Below, in pieces: positions 19,378 to 30,766 of a DNA stretch of 51,118 nt. Origin of the DNA: Bradyrhizobium sp. (GTDB lineage Bacteria > Pseudomonadota > Alphaproteobacteria > Rhizobiales > Xanthobacteraceae); contig JBATYU010000406.1 of assembly GCA_049674245.1 (NCBI GenBank), positions 1-51,118 on the forward strand, written 5' to 3'. The notes beneath the pieces were generated by a model. It saw nothing but the letters and a program-made list of their open reading frames with translations, was not told the origin of the DNA and ran no database searches. The stretch's first letter is position 1; each line of letters begins with the position of its first letter. A program made the translations under genes and the position numbers.

Positions 19378-21177
19378 TCACGCCGACCGCTGCATCGCCG
19401 GCTTTTCTGACTTTCGGGCGTCGCTGAGGTTATGCGCGGTATTGATCAAGGCGATATGCGTCAGCGCCTGCGGGAAATTGCCGGTCTGGCGTCCCTCAGC
19501 CGAATCGAACTCCTCCGCCAGCAGTCCGAGATCACTCGCGACGCCAACCACGCGGTCGAACAATGTTTGCGCTTTGGCGACCTCGCCGGCGAGCACGTAG
19601 GCATCGGCAAGCCACAGGCTGCAGGCCAGAAACGCACCCTCGATCGGCTGCTTTTCATCGGAAATTTCGCGCGGGTCGTGCCGCAGCACAAATCCATCCC
19701 GCATCATGTATTTCTCGATCGCCGCGATCGTGCCGCGAACGCGCGGGTCGAAGGCGGGAAGGAAGCCCACCGCAGGCATCAGCAGGATGCTGGCATCCAG
19801 CAATTGGGAGCCATAGGATTCGACGAATGTATTCTGCTTGGGATCGAAGCCGTTTTCGCAGACATCAACACAGATCTCGTCGCGCAACATCCGCCAGCGA
19901 TCGAGCGGCGCGTCAAATCCGAACCTTTCGGCGCTTTTGATGCCGCGGTCGAACGCAACCCAGGTCATGACTTTCGACGAAACATAATGCTTGCCCTCGC
20001 CGCGCCGCTCCCAGATGCCGTGATCAGGCTGGTCCCATACTTCGGCGAGATGTTCGATCACCGCGCGTTCCAGCGCCCAGGTTTCGTCATCGAGTTTCAG
20101 CTCGGCCATGCGTGACTGGTGAAACGCGTCGATCAGTTCGCCATAGACGTCGAGCTGCAGCTGGGCGTGCGCCGCATTGCCGACCCGGACCGGCTGCGCG
20201 CCTTCGTAGCCGGGCAACCAGGTAGCCTCCCATTCCAGGAGGCGCCGCTGGCCCATGATGCCGTACATGATCTGCATGTTCGAAGGCCAGCCGGCCGCGG
20301 CGCGCAGCAGCCAGTTATGCCAGGCGGAAGCTTCCTCGGTGTAGCCGGAGTTCATCAGCGCCAGCAGCGTAAATGTGGCGTCGCGCAGCCAGCAAAAGCG
20401 GTAGTCCCAGTTTCTGCTGCCGCCGAGCTTCTCCGGCAGCGACGTCGTCGGCGCCGCGACGATGCCGCCGGTCGGCTCGTAAGTCAGCGCCTTCAGCGTG
20501 ATCAGCGATCGCATCACGAGATCGCGATGCTCGCCCTGATAGGTGCAGCGGCTGCACCATTCGGTCCAGAAATCCTCCGTCTCCTGCAAGGCCAGCGCGG
20601 GGTTGATCGGCTCCGGCAGCGGCAGATGTGACGGGCCATAGGTCAGCACAAAGGGAACGGTGCCACCCTCGCTCACCTCGAAATTCGCCACCGTGGTCAG
20701 ATCCTCGCCGCGGATCTCGACCGGCGTTCGCAGCACGGTCATGTCCTGCCCGGCGATCGCCAGCAGCGCGCCATCTTCGGTTCGCCTGACCCAGGGAATG
20801 TCGATGCCAAACCCGAAGCGGATCACGAGCTGCATCTGCAGCTTCACCTTGCCCGTGACGCCGCGCACCAGCCGGACGACGTCGGAGGCTTTGCCGCGCG
20901 GCGGCATGAAATCGATCAGCGCGACAGTGCCGTTTGCTGTTTCAAACCTCGTCTCCAGGATCAACGTATTATCCCAGTAACGACGAGAGGATTTCTTGAT
21001 CTCTTCGGCGGGCCTGATCATCCACCGGCCATTTCTGTTCGTGCCCAACAAGGCCGCGAAACAGGCATCGGAATCGAACGCGGGCCAGCACAGCCAATCG
21101 ATCGATCCGTCACGGCCGACCAGCGCTGCGGTCTCGCAATCGCCGATCAGCCCATAGTCTTCTATCCTGCAAGACAA
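19378..21177 (-). CDS. Glycoside hydrolase family 15 (trehalase/glucoamylase-like)
   Basis: IEDYGLIGD, IDWLCWP.FDS, IVAAPTTSLPE, NWDYRFCWLRD, GIWERR, LLAEE and GNFPQA. Probable TTG start at 21177. Confidence 0.92.
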   Translation of the reverse strand: MSCRIEDYGLIGDCETAALVGRDGSIDWLCWPAFDSDACFAALLGTNRNGRWMIRPAEEIKKSSRRYWDNTLILETRFETANGTVALIDFMPPRGKASDVVRLVRGVTGKVKLQMQLVIRFGFGIDIPWVRRTEDGALLAIAGQDMTVLRTPVEIRGEDLTTVANFEVSEGGTVPFVLTYGPSHLPLPEPINPALALQETEDFWTEWCSRCTYQGEHRDLVMRSLITLKALTYEPTGGIVAAPTTSLPEKLGGSRNWDYRFCWLRDATFTLLALMNSGYTEEASAWHNWLLRAAAGWPSNMQIMYGIMGQRRLLEWEATWLPGYEGAQPVRVGNAAHAQLQLDVYGELIDAFHQSRMAELKLDDETWALERAVIEHLAEVWDQPDHGIWERRGEGKHYVSSKVMTWVAFDRGIKSAERFGFDAPLDRWRMLRDEICVDVCENGFDPKQNTFVESYGSQLLDASILLMPAVGFLPAFDPRVRGTIAAIEKYMMRDGFVLRHDPREISDEKQPIEGAFLACSLWLADAYVLAGEVAKAQTLFDRVVGVASDLGLLAEEFDSAEGRQTGNFPQALTHIALINTAHNLSDARKSEKPAMQRSA

Positions 21178-21208
21178 CGCTGCTTTACCCGTTGAAAGTG
21201 CCTGCCCC

Positions 21209-23164
21209 TCAATCGTCCTTGCGCGCGCGTTCCCCGATCGCGGCCTTGAACGCGGCGACATTGATGGCGCCTGCAATTTCGTCGATCGCGAACGGCAACC
21301 GTTGCCGCCAGTTCGGATGTTGGTCGACGGTGCCGGGGATATTGGGCTGGTCGACCACGCCGAGCAGATCCTCCAGCGATATCGCCAGCAGACGTGATTT
21401 GGTCCGCGACAGGAATTTTACAACCGCGTTGAGATCGTGACGTTCGATACCGCTGTGCCGCAGCACGTCGTTGAGCATGGCCAGCGCGTGCCAGCGCGCA
21501 TCGTCGCTTTCGCCGGGATCGATCCCAAGCGACCACTTCAGCTTCAGATCGCTGAAGGAGCGCCAGCCCGCATAGGTCGAGAGGTCGTGGGTATTGAAGG
21601 TGACAAGCGCGTTTGCCGCGTAATGATCGGGGCCACGGAAGCGGCCGTGATCGTCGCGCTCGAACATCATCACGAGATAGGACCAGATACCCCAATCGGC
21701 CATCTGCTCGCGAAAGCCTTCCGGCACGGTGCCGAGGTCTTCGCCGATCACGACGCACGCGTGCGTCACGCTTTCCTGCGCGGTCACCGCGAGCAGCGCC
21801 TCGAACGGCATCTGCACGTAAACGCCGCTATCGGCGGCAAAGCCGCGCGGCACCAGATAAAGCCGCTTCAAACCCAGCACGTGATCGAGCCGGATCGCGC
21901 CGGCGTGGCGCATCGAGGCCCGCAGCATGTCGCGGAACGGTGCAAAGGATTGCATGGCGAGACCGGCCGCATTGAATCCGGCAAGGCCCCAGTTCTGGCC
22001 CATGGTGTTCAATGGGTCGGGCGGCGCACCGACCGCGAGATGGCGCGAGATCGCCGCCTGCTCGTTCCAGGCGTCGAAACCGTCGGATTGCACGCCGACC
22101 GCGACATCGAGATACAGACCGACCTTCATCCCCAGATAATCCGCAAGCTGCTTGCAGGACCGCAATTGCTGGTCGGCGATCCATTGCACGAATTCGACGA
22201 ACTCGACCTCGCGCCGGCCGGGGCCCGCGCGCAATTTGGCGCAGTTATCGTCATCCGGCCGCCGCCATTCCTCCGGCCACTCCCACCACGGCTTGTTGAA
22301 GCGATGCCGCAGCACCTCGAAGCAAGCGAAACGCGACAGTAGCGGCGCCCGCTCGGCGCAGAATTTCGCGAAATCCTCCCTGCGGACGGATTTCGCCTCG
22401 GCGGAAAACCTCTTGAACGCCGATCGCAGCGCACGCCATTTCAATCCGGCGATAGCGACATAGTCCACAACGGGGCTGTGCCTAAGTCTCGGCGTCGTTT
22501 CGCAGGCCTCCGGAAAGCCGTCTGCCGAGAATTCCGGGATCTTCTCGACGTCGATATAAAGCGCGTTCAGGAACAGCCGGCTGTTCGGCGAATAGGGGCT
22601 GCAATCGGCGGGCCGGTCGTCGAACAGCGCATGCAGCGGATTGAGGCCGATACCGTCGGCACCCAAATCGTTCGCAAGCTCGATCAACGCTTCGAGGTCG
22701 GTGAAATCGCCCATGCCCCAGTTGCGCACCGAGCGGACGCCGTAAAGCTGCACGGCGAGCAGCCAGCTGCGGTCGAAATCGCCGCCAAAGGCGCGTGGCG
22801 GCGCGACAATCAGGGGGACCTCTTCCGAACAGCCGCTATCTGCCAGATGCAGCCGGTAGGAGCCGACCGGTATCTCCTGCGGCCAGGCGATGACGGGATC
22901 ACGGGTCTCGCCGTCGGCGATAACCTTAAGATCGGCCATAATTTTCCAGCGCACCGGGAACGTGGCAGCCTGCGAGAGTTCGCTCCGCGCGGCGTGGCCG
23001 GAACGAATCACCACCGGCCCGCCGAGCAGGCGGGAGGGCACCTGGGCCGGCATGGCGTCGAGGATGATCTTCAACGCGGCCTCGCCGGTCACACGATGGT
23101 GACCTTGGCCGTCGGTGAATTCGGTCAAGATTCCCAGAGTTTCAGCTTGGGCAAAAAGGTTCAT
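21209..23164 (-). CDS. malQ: 4-alpha-glucanotransferase (amylomaltase, GH77)
   Basis: WGMGDF, SPYSP, GAPPD, RLDHVLG, IGEDLG, THD and NIPGT...NW. ATG at 23164. Confidence 0.95.
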   Translation of the reverse strand: MNLFAQAETLGILTEFTDGQGHHRVTGEAALKIILDAMPAQVPSRLLGGPVVIRSGHAARSELSQAATFPVRWKIMADLKVIADGETRDPVIAWPQEIPVGSYRLHLADSGCSEEVPLIVAPPRAFGGDFDRSWLLAVQLYGVRSVRNWGMGDFTDLEALIELANDLGADGIGLNPLHALFDDRPADCSPYSPNSRLFLNALYIDVEKIPEFSADGFPEACETTPRLRHSPVVDYVAIAGLKWRALRSAFKRFSAEAKSVRREDFAKFCAERAPLLSRFACFEVLRHRFNKPWWEWPEEWRRPDDDNCAKLRAGPGRREVEFVEFVQWIADQQLRSCKQLADYLGMKVGLYLDVAVGVQSDGFDAWNEQAAISRHLAVGAPPDPLNTMGQNWGLAGFNAAGLAMQSFAPFRDMLRASMRHAGAIRLDHVLGLKRLYLVPRGFAADSGVYVQMPFEALLAVTAQESVTHACVVIGEDLGTVPEGFREQMADWGIWSYLVMMFERDDHGRFRGPDHYAANALVTFNTHDLSTYAGWRSFSDLKLKWSLGIDPGESDDARWHALAMLNDVLRHSGIERHDLNAVVKFLSRTKSRLLAISLEDLLGVVDQPNIPGTVDQHPNWRQRLPFAIDEIAGAINVAAFKAAIGERARKDD

Positions 23165-23241
23165 TCGGCACACGGTTTGCACGCAACAGGCGGGGGATGT
23201 CGCGAAATTGTCCAAGTTTAGCAAGGGGATAGAAGGTATCT

Positions 23242-23266
23242 AACGTTCCGTCCTCCCCGCCGTTCC
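23242..23266 (-). promoter_or_regulatory. sigma-EcfG promoter of malQ-GH15 (exact consensus)
   Basis: Minus strand GGAAC-ggcggggaggacggaa-CGTT = GGAAC-N16-CGTT. Confidence 0.75.
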
Positions 23267-23269
23267 CCA

Positions 23270-23294
23270 GGAACCAATGCCCCGTGAGCGGCTT
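23270..23294 (+). promoter_or_regulatory. Possible sigma-EcfG promoter of the glgE operon
   Basis: GGAAC-N16-GCTT, back-to-back with the malQ promoter. Confidence 0.45.
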
Positions 23295-23360
23295 TGTATA
23301 TAGGATGGGAATGTCCTCCCGAGGGCGGGACGTCATTTTCATATCAGTGGCGGCATCACC

Positions 23361-25310
23361 GTGAACAAAACAACGCAAACTGTCGAGAGTGCCGGTCGCA
23401 CTTTCCATATCGAGGATGTTTATCCACTGATTGACGGCGGCCGTTTTCCGGTTAAACGGATCGTCGGCGAGCGCGTCGAAATTTGGGCGGATATCTATCG
23501 CGACGGGCACGATGTGACCGCCGCAGCCCTGATTTGGCGCCACGAGCGTGAGCACGAATGGCACCGTGAGTCGATGACCCCTGACAGCAACGACCGCTGG
23601 AGCGGATCGTTCGTGCCGGACCAGTTGGGTCGCCATGTCTATGCGATCGAGGCCTGGACCGACGAATTCGCCACCTGGCGCCGTGGATTTGAATTGAAGC
23701 AGAAGGCTGGCGTCGACGTCACGCTGGATGCCATCGAGGGCGCGGGTATGCTGACCAAGGCACAGGGCGGCGGACACGAGGCGACCGCGGTGATCCTGAA
23801 GCAATGCGAAGAATATCTGCAGACCGGCGACACAGCTCCGTTGCTGACCCCGGAATTGCAAGACGCCATGGCCGAAGGCCAGTTCCGTCCCGACCTCACG
23901 CGATCGCAATTATTTCCCTTGGTCGCCGACCGGCCAAGGGCGCGGAGCGGCGCCTGGTATGAGATGGTACCCCGCAGCCAGGGCAACATTGCGGGCCAGC
24001 ATGGCACGTTCAAGGATTGCATCGCGCGGCTGCCGGACGTCGGTGCGATGGGTTTTGACGTGATCTATTTCACGCCGATCCATCCGATCGGAATGACCAA
24101 TCGCAAGGGCCGCAACAATGCGGTGACGGCGGCCGAGGGCGATCCCGGCAGCTTCTATGCAATCGGTGCCGCCGAAGGCGGCCATGACGCCGTGCATCCG
24201 GAATTGGGCAAGCTTGAGGATTTTCGCGAGTTCGTGGCGGCCTGCCAATCGCTCGACATCGAAGTCGCGCTCGACTTCGCCGTGCAGTGCTCGCCCGACC
24301 ATCCCTGGCTGAAACAACATCCGCAATGGTTCAGGCGCCGGCTGGACGGCTCGATGCGCTATGCGGAAAACCCGCCCAAGAAATACGAGGACATCGTCAA
24401 CCCCGATTTCGCATCCGAAGATGCCGGTGCGCTATGGAATGCGCTGCGCGACGTGGTGCTGTTCTGGATCGATCAGGGAGTGAAGATTTTTCGGGTCGAC
24501 AATCCCCACACCAAACCCTTCCGGTTCTGGGAATGGCTGATCCGCGAAGTTCAGCTTGAGCAGCCGGATGTGATCTTCCTCGCGGAAGCCTTCACGCGGC
24601 CGAAACTGATGAAGGGCCTCGCCAAGCTCGGCTTCACCCAGTCCTACACGTATTTCACCTGGCGCACCCAGAAATGGGAGTTCGAGCAATATCTCAGCGA
24701 ATTGACCGGTTATCCCGAGCGCGATTTCTATCGCCCGAATTTCTTCGTCAATACGCCCGACATCCTGCCTTATCATTTGCAGGGCGGCGAGACCTGGATG
24801 TTCAAATCCCGCGTCGCGCTGGCGGCGACGCTTTCGAGCACTTACGGCATCTACAACGGCTTCGAACTGCTCGAGCACGAATCGCTCCCGGGCCGCGAAG
24901 AATATCTGGATTCCGAAAAATACGAGATCAAGGTTCGCGATTGGGACAAGCCCGGCAACATCAAGCCGTATATAAGCGACCTCAACCGCATCCGCCGCGC
25001 CAACACGGCGTTGCAACAGACCAGCAATTTGCGCTTTATCGGAATTGAGGACGGCAATGTCATCGGTTTCGTCAAGGAGTCCGTAGATCAGACCAACATT
25101 GTAGCCGTGGCGATTGCGTTATCGCGCGACGTGCACGAATTCTGGCTGCATCTCGGCGACATCAAGGTCGGCGTCGGCGATGAACGGCGTCCTGTGGCGG
25201 CCGTGGAAAACCTGATGACCGGCGAGCGGTCGGCGGTGGAATGGGGCGGCATCCGCCTGCGCATCGATCCGGCGCACGACCCCGCTTTGCTCTTCCGCTG
25301 TCTGGCGTAA
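23361..25310 (+). CDS. glgE: Alpha-1,4-glucan:maltose-1-phosphate maltosyltransferase
   Basis: RKGRNN, QCSPDHPW, YAENPPKKYEDI, FRVDNPHTKP, FLAEAF, NTPDIL and DSEKYE. Confidence 0.96.
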   Translation: MNKTTQTVESAGRTFHIEDVYPLIDGGRFPVKRIVGERVEIWADIYRDGHDVTAAALIWRHEREHEWHRESMTPDSNDRWSGSFVPDQLGRHVYAIEAWTDEFATWRRGFELKQKAGVDVTLDAIEGAGMLTKAQGGGHEATAVILKQCEEYLQTGDTAPLLTPELQDAMAEGQFRPDLTRSQLFPLVADRPRARSGAWYEMVPRSQGNIAGQHGTFKDCIARLPDVGAMGFDVIYFTPIHPIGMTNRKGRNNAVTAAEGDPGSFYAIGAAEGGHDAVHPELGKLEDFREFVAACQSLDIEVALDFAVQCSPDHPWLKQHPQWFRRRLDGSMRYAENPPKKYEDIVNPDFASEDAGALWNALRDVVLFWIDQGVKIFRVDNPHTKPFRFWEWLIREVQLEQPDVIFLAEAFTRPKLMKGLAKLGFTQSYTYFTWRTQKWEFEQYLSELTGYPERDFYRPNFFVNTPDILPYHLQGGETWMFKSRVALAATLSSTYGIYNGFELLEHESLPGREEYLDSEKYEIKVRDWDKPGNIKPYISDLNRIRRANTALQQTSNLRFIGIEDGNVIGFVKESVDQTNIVAVAIALSRDVHEFWLHLGDIKVGVGDERRPVAAVENLMTGERSAVEWGGIRLRIDPAHDPALLFRCLA

Positions 25311-25319
25311 GATAGCCGC

Positions 25320-28300
25320 ATGAACGTGCTGCCGTCCATCGATGCCAAGGAATTGCCGGTCGCCGAGATCGGCGATGAGCTGTGGTACAAGGACGCCATC
25401 ATCTACCAGCTTCACGTCAAGGCCTTTGCCGACAGCAACAATGACGGCATCGGCGATTTCGCAGGCCTCACGGAAAAACTCGGCTATCTGCAGGACCTCG
25501 GCGTCACCGCACTTTGGTTATTGCCGTTCTATCCCTCGCCCGGCCGCGACGACGGCTACGACATCGCCGATTACGGCGATATCAATCCGGATTTCGGGAC
25601 GCTGAAGGATTTCAAGCGCTTCATTCAGGAAGCCAAAAAGCGCGGCCTCAAGGTCATCACCGAACTCGTCATCAACCACACTTCCGACCAGCACGACTGG
25701 TTCAAGCGCGCCCGCCGCAGCGATCCGAAATCGAGTGCGCGCAACTGGTATGTCTGGAGCGACACCGACCAGAAATACCAGGGCACCCGGATCATCTTCA
25801 CCGACACCGAAAAGTCGAACTGGACCTGGGACCCGGAAGCCGGCCAGTTCTACTGGCACCGCTTCTTCTCGCACCAGCCGGATTTGAATTTCGACAATCC
25901 GCGCGTGGTCAGCGCCCTGATCCAGGTGATGAAACGCTGGCTCGATGCCGGCGTCGACGGTTTCCGCCTCGACGCCATTCCCTATCTGTGCGAGCGCGAT
26001 GGCACCAACAACGAGAACCTGCCCGAGACCCACGCCATCATCAAGAAATTGCGCGCCGAGCTCGATGCTTACTCGAGGGGCAAGGTGCTGCTGGCGGAGG
26101 CCAATCAATGGCCGGAGGACGTCCAGGAGTATTTCGGCCAGGGCGATGAATGCCAGATGGCCTATCACTTCCCGCTGATGCCGCGCATCTACATGGCGAT
26201 CGCGCAGGAAGACCGCTTTCCGATCACCGATATTCTGCGCCAGACGCCGGATATTCCCGCCAACTGCCAATGGGCGCTGTTCCTGCGCAACCATGACGAA
26301 CTGACGCTGGAGATGGTGACCGACGTCGAGCGCGACTATCTGTGGTCGACCTATGCCAACGATCCCCGCGCCCGCATCAATGTCGGCATTCGCCGACGCC
26401 TGGCGCCGCTGATGGACAATGACCGGCGCAAGATCGAATTGATGAATTCGCTTTTGTTGTCGTTTCCGGGCACGCCGATCATCTATTACGGCGACGAGAT
26501 CGGCATGGGCGACAACATCTATCTCGGCGACCGCAACGGCGTGCGCACGCCAATGCAGTGGACGCCGGACCGCAACGGCGGCTTTTCCCGCGCCGATCCG
26601 GCGCGGCTTTACGCGCCGACAATTATGGACCCGGTCTACGGCTATGAGGCGGTCAATGTCGAGGCGCAGTCGCGCAGCCTGTCGTCACTGTTGAACGCCA
26701 CCAAGCGGCTGATCTCGGTGCGCAAGTCGACACTGGCGTTCGGCCGCGGCAGCATGACATTCATCCGTCCGACCAATCGCGCGGTGCTTGCCTATGTCAG
26801 GCAGTATCAGGATGAGGTTATCCTCTGCGTCGCCAATCTGTCGCGTTCCGCGCAGGCGACCGAACTTGACCTTTCCGCCTTCAAGGGGCGGATACCGCTG
26901 GAGATGCTCGGCCGTACGCGATTTCCCGCGATCGGCGAGCTGCCTTACATGATCACGCTTTCGCCTTTCGGCTTCTACTGGTTCCAGCTCCAGGAGCCGG
27001 ACAAGTCGGAGCCGGTCGTGCCGCACGCCGTGCCGGAATTCGAGACTCTGGTCGTGCCGCTCAATTCGACCTGGGTGTCGCTCGCCCGCACCCGCAGCGT
27101 ATTCGAGCGCGACGTCTTGCCCGGGCATCTGGCGCGCACGCGCTGGTATCCGGAGTATTCGCCGGCCAACATCCGTCCGACGCTGACGTCGGCCATCCCG
27201 TTCTGCGACATCGGCGACAACCGGCCCTACCTGACTTTCTTCGAAGCGACGCAGCGCGGCTTCACCCAACGTTATGTGCTGCCGATGCAGATCGAGTGGG
27301 TGCGGTTCGACCGCGAGCGCTATAATCCGCGCGCGTTCTCGGCCGTGCGCCAGGGCGCGCGCGAAGGAACGCTGCTGGATGTCGCGACCGATCATATCTT
27401 CATCGCGCTGTTGTTGCGCAACCTGCGCGAGGTTTTGACAGTCGAGGAAAACGGCTTGCGCCTTGAGTTCAGGCCGACCAGCAAGTTTTCCGACAAGCCG
27501 ATCCGGCAGCCCGAGCGCATCCGCGCGGTCAATACCGAACAGTCCAACAGCACGGCGCTGGTGGATAGCGACTACGTGGTCAAGATCTATCGCAAGCTCG
27601 AGACTGGCCCCAATCCCGAGATTGAAATCGGCTGGTATCTCACCGAGGTCGCAGGCTTTGCCAATACGCCAGCGCTGCTCGGTAGCGTCGAGTTTGTCGA
27701 AGGCAATCAACGAAGCGCGATCGGGATCGTGCACGCCTTCGTCCAGAACCAGGGCGACGGCTGGACCGTGACCTCGGCCTATCTCGATCGCTTCGTCGAC
27801 GAGCAGCGGTGGCTGCCGGCTTCTGAATTTCCCGGCAACCGCGAAGAGCAGGTCCCCTATCTGCGTTACATGTCGCAGGCCGGGCGCCGCGTCGCCGAGA
27901 TGCACGTCGCACTCGCCGCTAACTCCGGGCTCGCCGACTTTGCGCCGGAGCCGACCCGGCCCGAAGACGTGCAGCGCTGGATCGGCGAGATCATGGCCCG
28001 GGGCGAGCGGGTTTTCGAAGCGCTGCAGCAACACCGCGACGGCAGCAGGGAAGCCGATCGCCCGCTCGTCGACGAGATGCTGGCACAACGCGCAGGCTTG
28101 CATGCTCGCCTGAACGCGCTGCTGCCCAGGGATATCGACGGCCTGAACATCCGCCATCACGGCGACTTCCATCTTGGGCAGATGTTGATCGTCAAGGACG
28201 ACATTTTCATCATCGATTTCGAGGGCGAACCTCGCCGCCCGCTTGCCGAGCGCCGGCGCTAGGCACCGGCGGCGCGCGACGCCGCGGGGCTGATCCGCTC

Positions 28301-28619
28301 GATCGACTATTCGGTGACGAAGGCGTTGGAGCGTGCGCTGAAGATAGCGCCCGACGAGCATGGCAAGCTCGCAACCGCGCTTGCGCAATGGCGCGATCGT
28401 TCCACCGACGCCTTCCTCGCCGGCTACCGCGAGGCCATGACAAATCACCTGCTGTGGCCCGCAGATCCCCATGCGGCCACCGACCTGCTCAATTTCTTCC
28501 TGCTGGAAAAGACGTTCTACGAGCTGGAATACGAGCTGTCCCACCGGCCGGATTGGCTGCGCGTGCCGCTAATCGGAATGCTTCGAATTCTGTCCGAGCC
28601 TGAGAGTGTAGCCTCATGA
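25320..28619 (+). pseudogene. treS: Trehalose synthase-maltokinase fusion (TreS-Mak) with an in-frame TAG at 28260-28262; TreS domain intact
   Basis: TreS motifs NHTSDQH, FRLDA, LAEANQ and [11 protein letters not shown]. Mak motifs [13 protein letters not shown] and IDFEGEP precede the TAG. The same frame continues after it (APAARDAAGLIRSIDYS...EKTFYELEYELSHRPDW) to TGA at 28619. Confidence 0.85.
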
Positions 28620-30763
28620 CCAAACTGCCAGCCGAGGCCCATGCAATCATCGAAGGCCGCCACTCCGACCCCTTCCACTATCTCGGCCTCCATAGAGAAG
28701 GCGACAAAAGCGTCGTGCGCGCGTTTCTTCCGCAAGCTTCCAGGGTGGAAGCCGTCGGCGAACGCGGCGAGACCGCAAAGCTCGCGCGCATTCACGACGC
28801 AGGATTGTTCGCCGGCGCGTCGCCGAACGGCTCGAAGCGCTACCAGCTCCGCGCCCAATTCGGCGAAAAAATCGTCGATCTCGACGATCCCTACCGCTTC
28901 CCGCCGGTGTTGAGCGACTTCGATCTCTATCTCCTGGGCGAAGGGACCGATCAGCGCCTTTACGACAAGCTCGGCGCGCACCCCCTGACGCTTGATGGCG
29001 TCGACGGTGTCGCCTTTGTCGTGCTCGCACCGAATGCGCGGCGGGTCAGCGTGGTCGGCGACTTCAATTTTTGGGATGCGCGGCGGCATCCGATGCGCGT
29101 GCGCGGCGTCGGCTATTGGGAATTGTTCATTCCGCGCGCCAGGCCGGGCGATCATTACAAGTTCGATATCATAGGACCGAACGGCCAGCATCTGCCGCAA
29201 AAGTCCGATCCGCTCGCCTTTGCCGCGGAAATGCGTCCGAAGACCGCTTCCATCGTATTCGACGAGACGAAGATACCGCGTCCGCGGCCGGCGCGCGCCG
29301 GCGTCAATGCGCTCAGCGCGCCGGTTTCGATCTACGAGGTTCATCTCGGCTCGTGGCGGCGCAAGGGCAACAATGAGTGGCTGACCTACCGCGACCTCGC
29401 CGAACAGCTCCCGGCCTACGCGTGCGACCTCGGCTTTACCCATGTCGAATTTCTCCCCGTCAACGAGCATCCGTTCGACGGCTCGTGGGGATATCAACCG
29501 ACCGGCCTATATGCGCCGACCAGCCGGTTCGGCTCGCCCGCCGATTTCGCCGCGCTGGTCGATGCCTGCCACCGCGAAGGCCTCGGGGTGATGCTCGACT
29601 GGGTGCCCGGACATTTCCCGGACGATCCGCACGGGCTTGGCCATTTCGACGGCACCGCACTTTACGAACACGCCAACCCCCTGCAGGGCCGCCATCTCGA
29701 CTGGGGCACGCTGATCTACAATTACGGCCGCACCGAAACCGTGAATTTCCTGGTGTCGAACGCGCTGTTCTGGCTGGAGCGTTATGGCGTCGACGGGTTG
29801 CGGGTCGACGCGGTCGCTTCCATGCTCTATCTCGACTACAGCCGGCCCGCCGGCGGCTGGATCCCGAACAAATATGGCGGGCGGGAAAATCTGGAAGCGA
29901 TCGAATTCCTGCGCCGCTTCAATACCGAGCTGTTTGCCCGCTTCCCGCACGCGACCACGGCCGCCGAAGAATCCACCGCATGGCCGCAGGTGTCGCGCCC
30001 GGTCGAATATGGCGGGCTTGGCTTCGGCTATAAATGGAACATGGGCTGGATGCACGACACGCTGAAATATATCAGCAAGGATCCGATCCACCGCAAATAC
30101 CACCACGGCGACATCCTGTTCGGCCTGCAATACGCGTTCTCGGAGAATTTCATCCTGCCGCTGTCGCATGACGAGGTCGTCCACGGCAAAGGCTCGATTC
30201 TCGGCCGCATGCCGGGCGACGACTGGCAACGCTTTGCAAATTTGCGCGCCTATTACAGCTTCATGTTCGGCCATCCCGGCAAGAAGCTGATGTTCATGGG
30301 CTGCGAGTTCGGCCAGGAGCGCGAATGGAGCCACGACCATTCGCTGGACTGGCACCTCCTGAAACAGAAGAAATATGCCGGCGTGCAGTCTCTGATCCGC
30401 GATCTCAACCGGCTCTATCGCACCCTGCCCGCGTTGCACGAGCGGGATTGCGACCCGGCCGGTTTTGACTGGATCGTCACCGAGGATTTTGATCACAACG
30501 TGTTTGCCTGGCTGCGCAAGGGCAACGACGCGCGCGCGCGCTGCCTGGTCGTCGTGAATTTCTCGCCCAACGTATATTACAACTACCGCGTCCGCGTGCC
30601 GTTCGCCGGCAAGTGGCATGAGGTCCTCAATTCGGATTCTGCCCATTATGGTGGCAGCAATGTCGGCAATGTCGGCGAAGTCCGGACGCTTGACGGGTTA
30701 ATACCCGAACTCAATTTGACCATCCCGCCGCTGGCCGCGATTTTTCTCGTACCGGAAAGCTGA
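28616..30763 (+). CDS. glgB: 1,4-alpha-glucan branching enzyme
   Basis: [44 protein letters not shown] and LSHDEVV. Confidence 0.96.
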   Translation: MTKLPAEAHAIIEGRHSDPFHYLGLHREGDKSVVRAFLPQASRVEAVGERGETAKLARIHDAGLFAGASPNGSKRYQLRAQFGEKIVDLDDPYRFPPVLSDFDLYLLGEGTDQRLYDKLGAHPLTLDGVDGVAFVVLAPNARRVSVVGDFNFWDARRHPMRVRGVGYWELFIPRARPGDHYKFDIIGPNGQHLPQKSDPLAFAAEMRPKTASIVFDETKIPRPRPARAGVNALSAPVSIYEVHLGSWRRKGNNEWLTYRDLAEQLPAYACDLGFTHVEFLPVNEHPFDGSWGYQPTGLYAPTSRFGSPADFAALVDACHREGLGVMLDWVPGHFPDDPHGLGHFDGTALYEHANPLQGRHLDWGTLIYNYGRTETVNFLVSNALFWLERYGVDGLRVDAVASMLYLDYSRPAGGWIPNKYGGRENLEAIEFLRRFNTELFARFPHATTAAEESTAWPQVSRPVEYGGLGFGYKWNMGWMHDTLKYISKDPIHRKYHHGDILFGLQYAFSENFILPLSHDEVVHGKGSILGRMPGDDWQRFANLRAYYSFMFGHPGKKLMFMGCEFGQEREWSHDHSLDWHLLKQKKYAGVQSLIRDLNRLYRTLPALHERDCDPAGFDWIVTEDFDHNVFAWLRKGNDARARCLVVVNFSPNVYYNYRVRVPFAGKWHEVLNSDSAHYGGSNVGNVGEVRTLDGLIPELNLTIPPLAAIFLVPES

Positions 30764-30766
30764 GGC

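Noticed and set aside
28260..28262. Pyrrolysine or programmed recoding at the treS TAG
   Set aside because: No pyl genes or suppressor tRNA in the window, and TAG is a normal stop for tal-pgi, treZ and ligD. A point mutation or sequencing error is simpler.
28314..28619. Independent 101-aa gene
   Set aside because: It is in frame with treS-mak and encodes the Mak C-terminal lobe; no convincing RBS.
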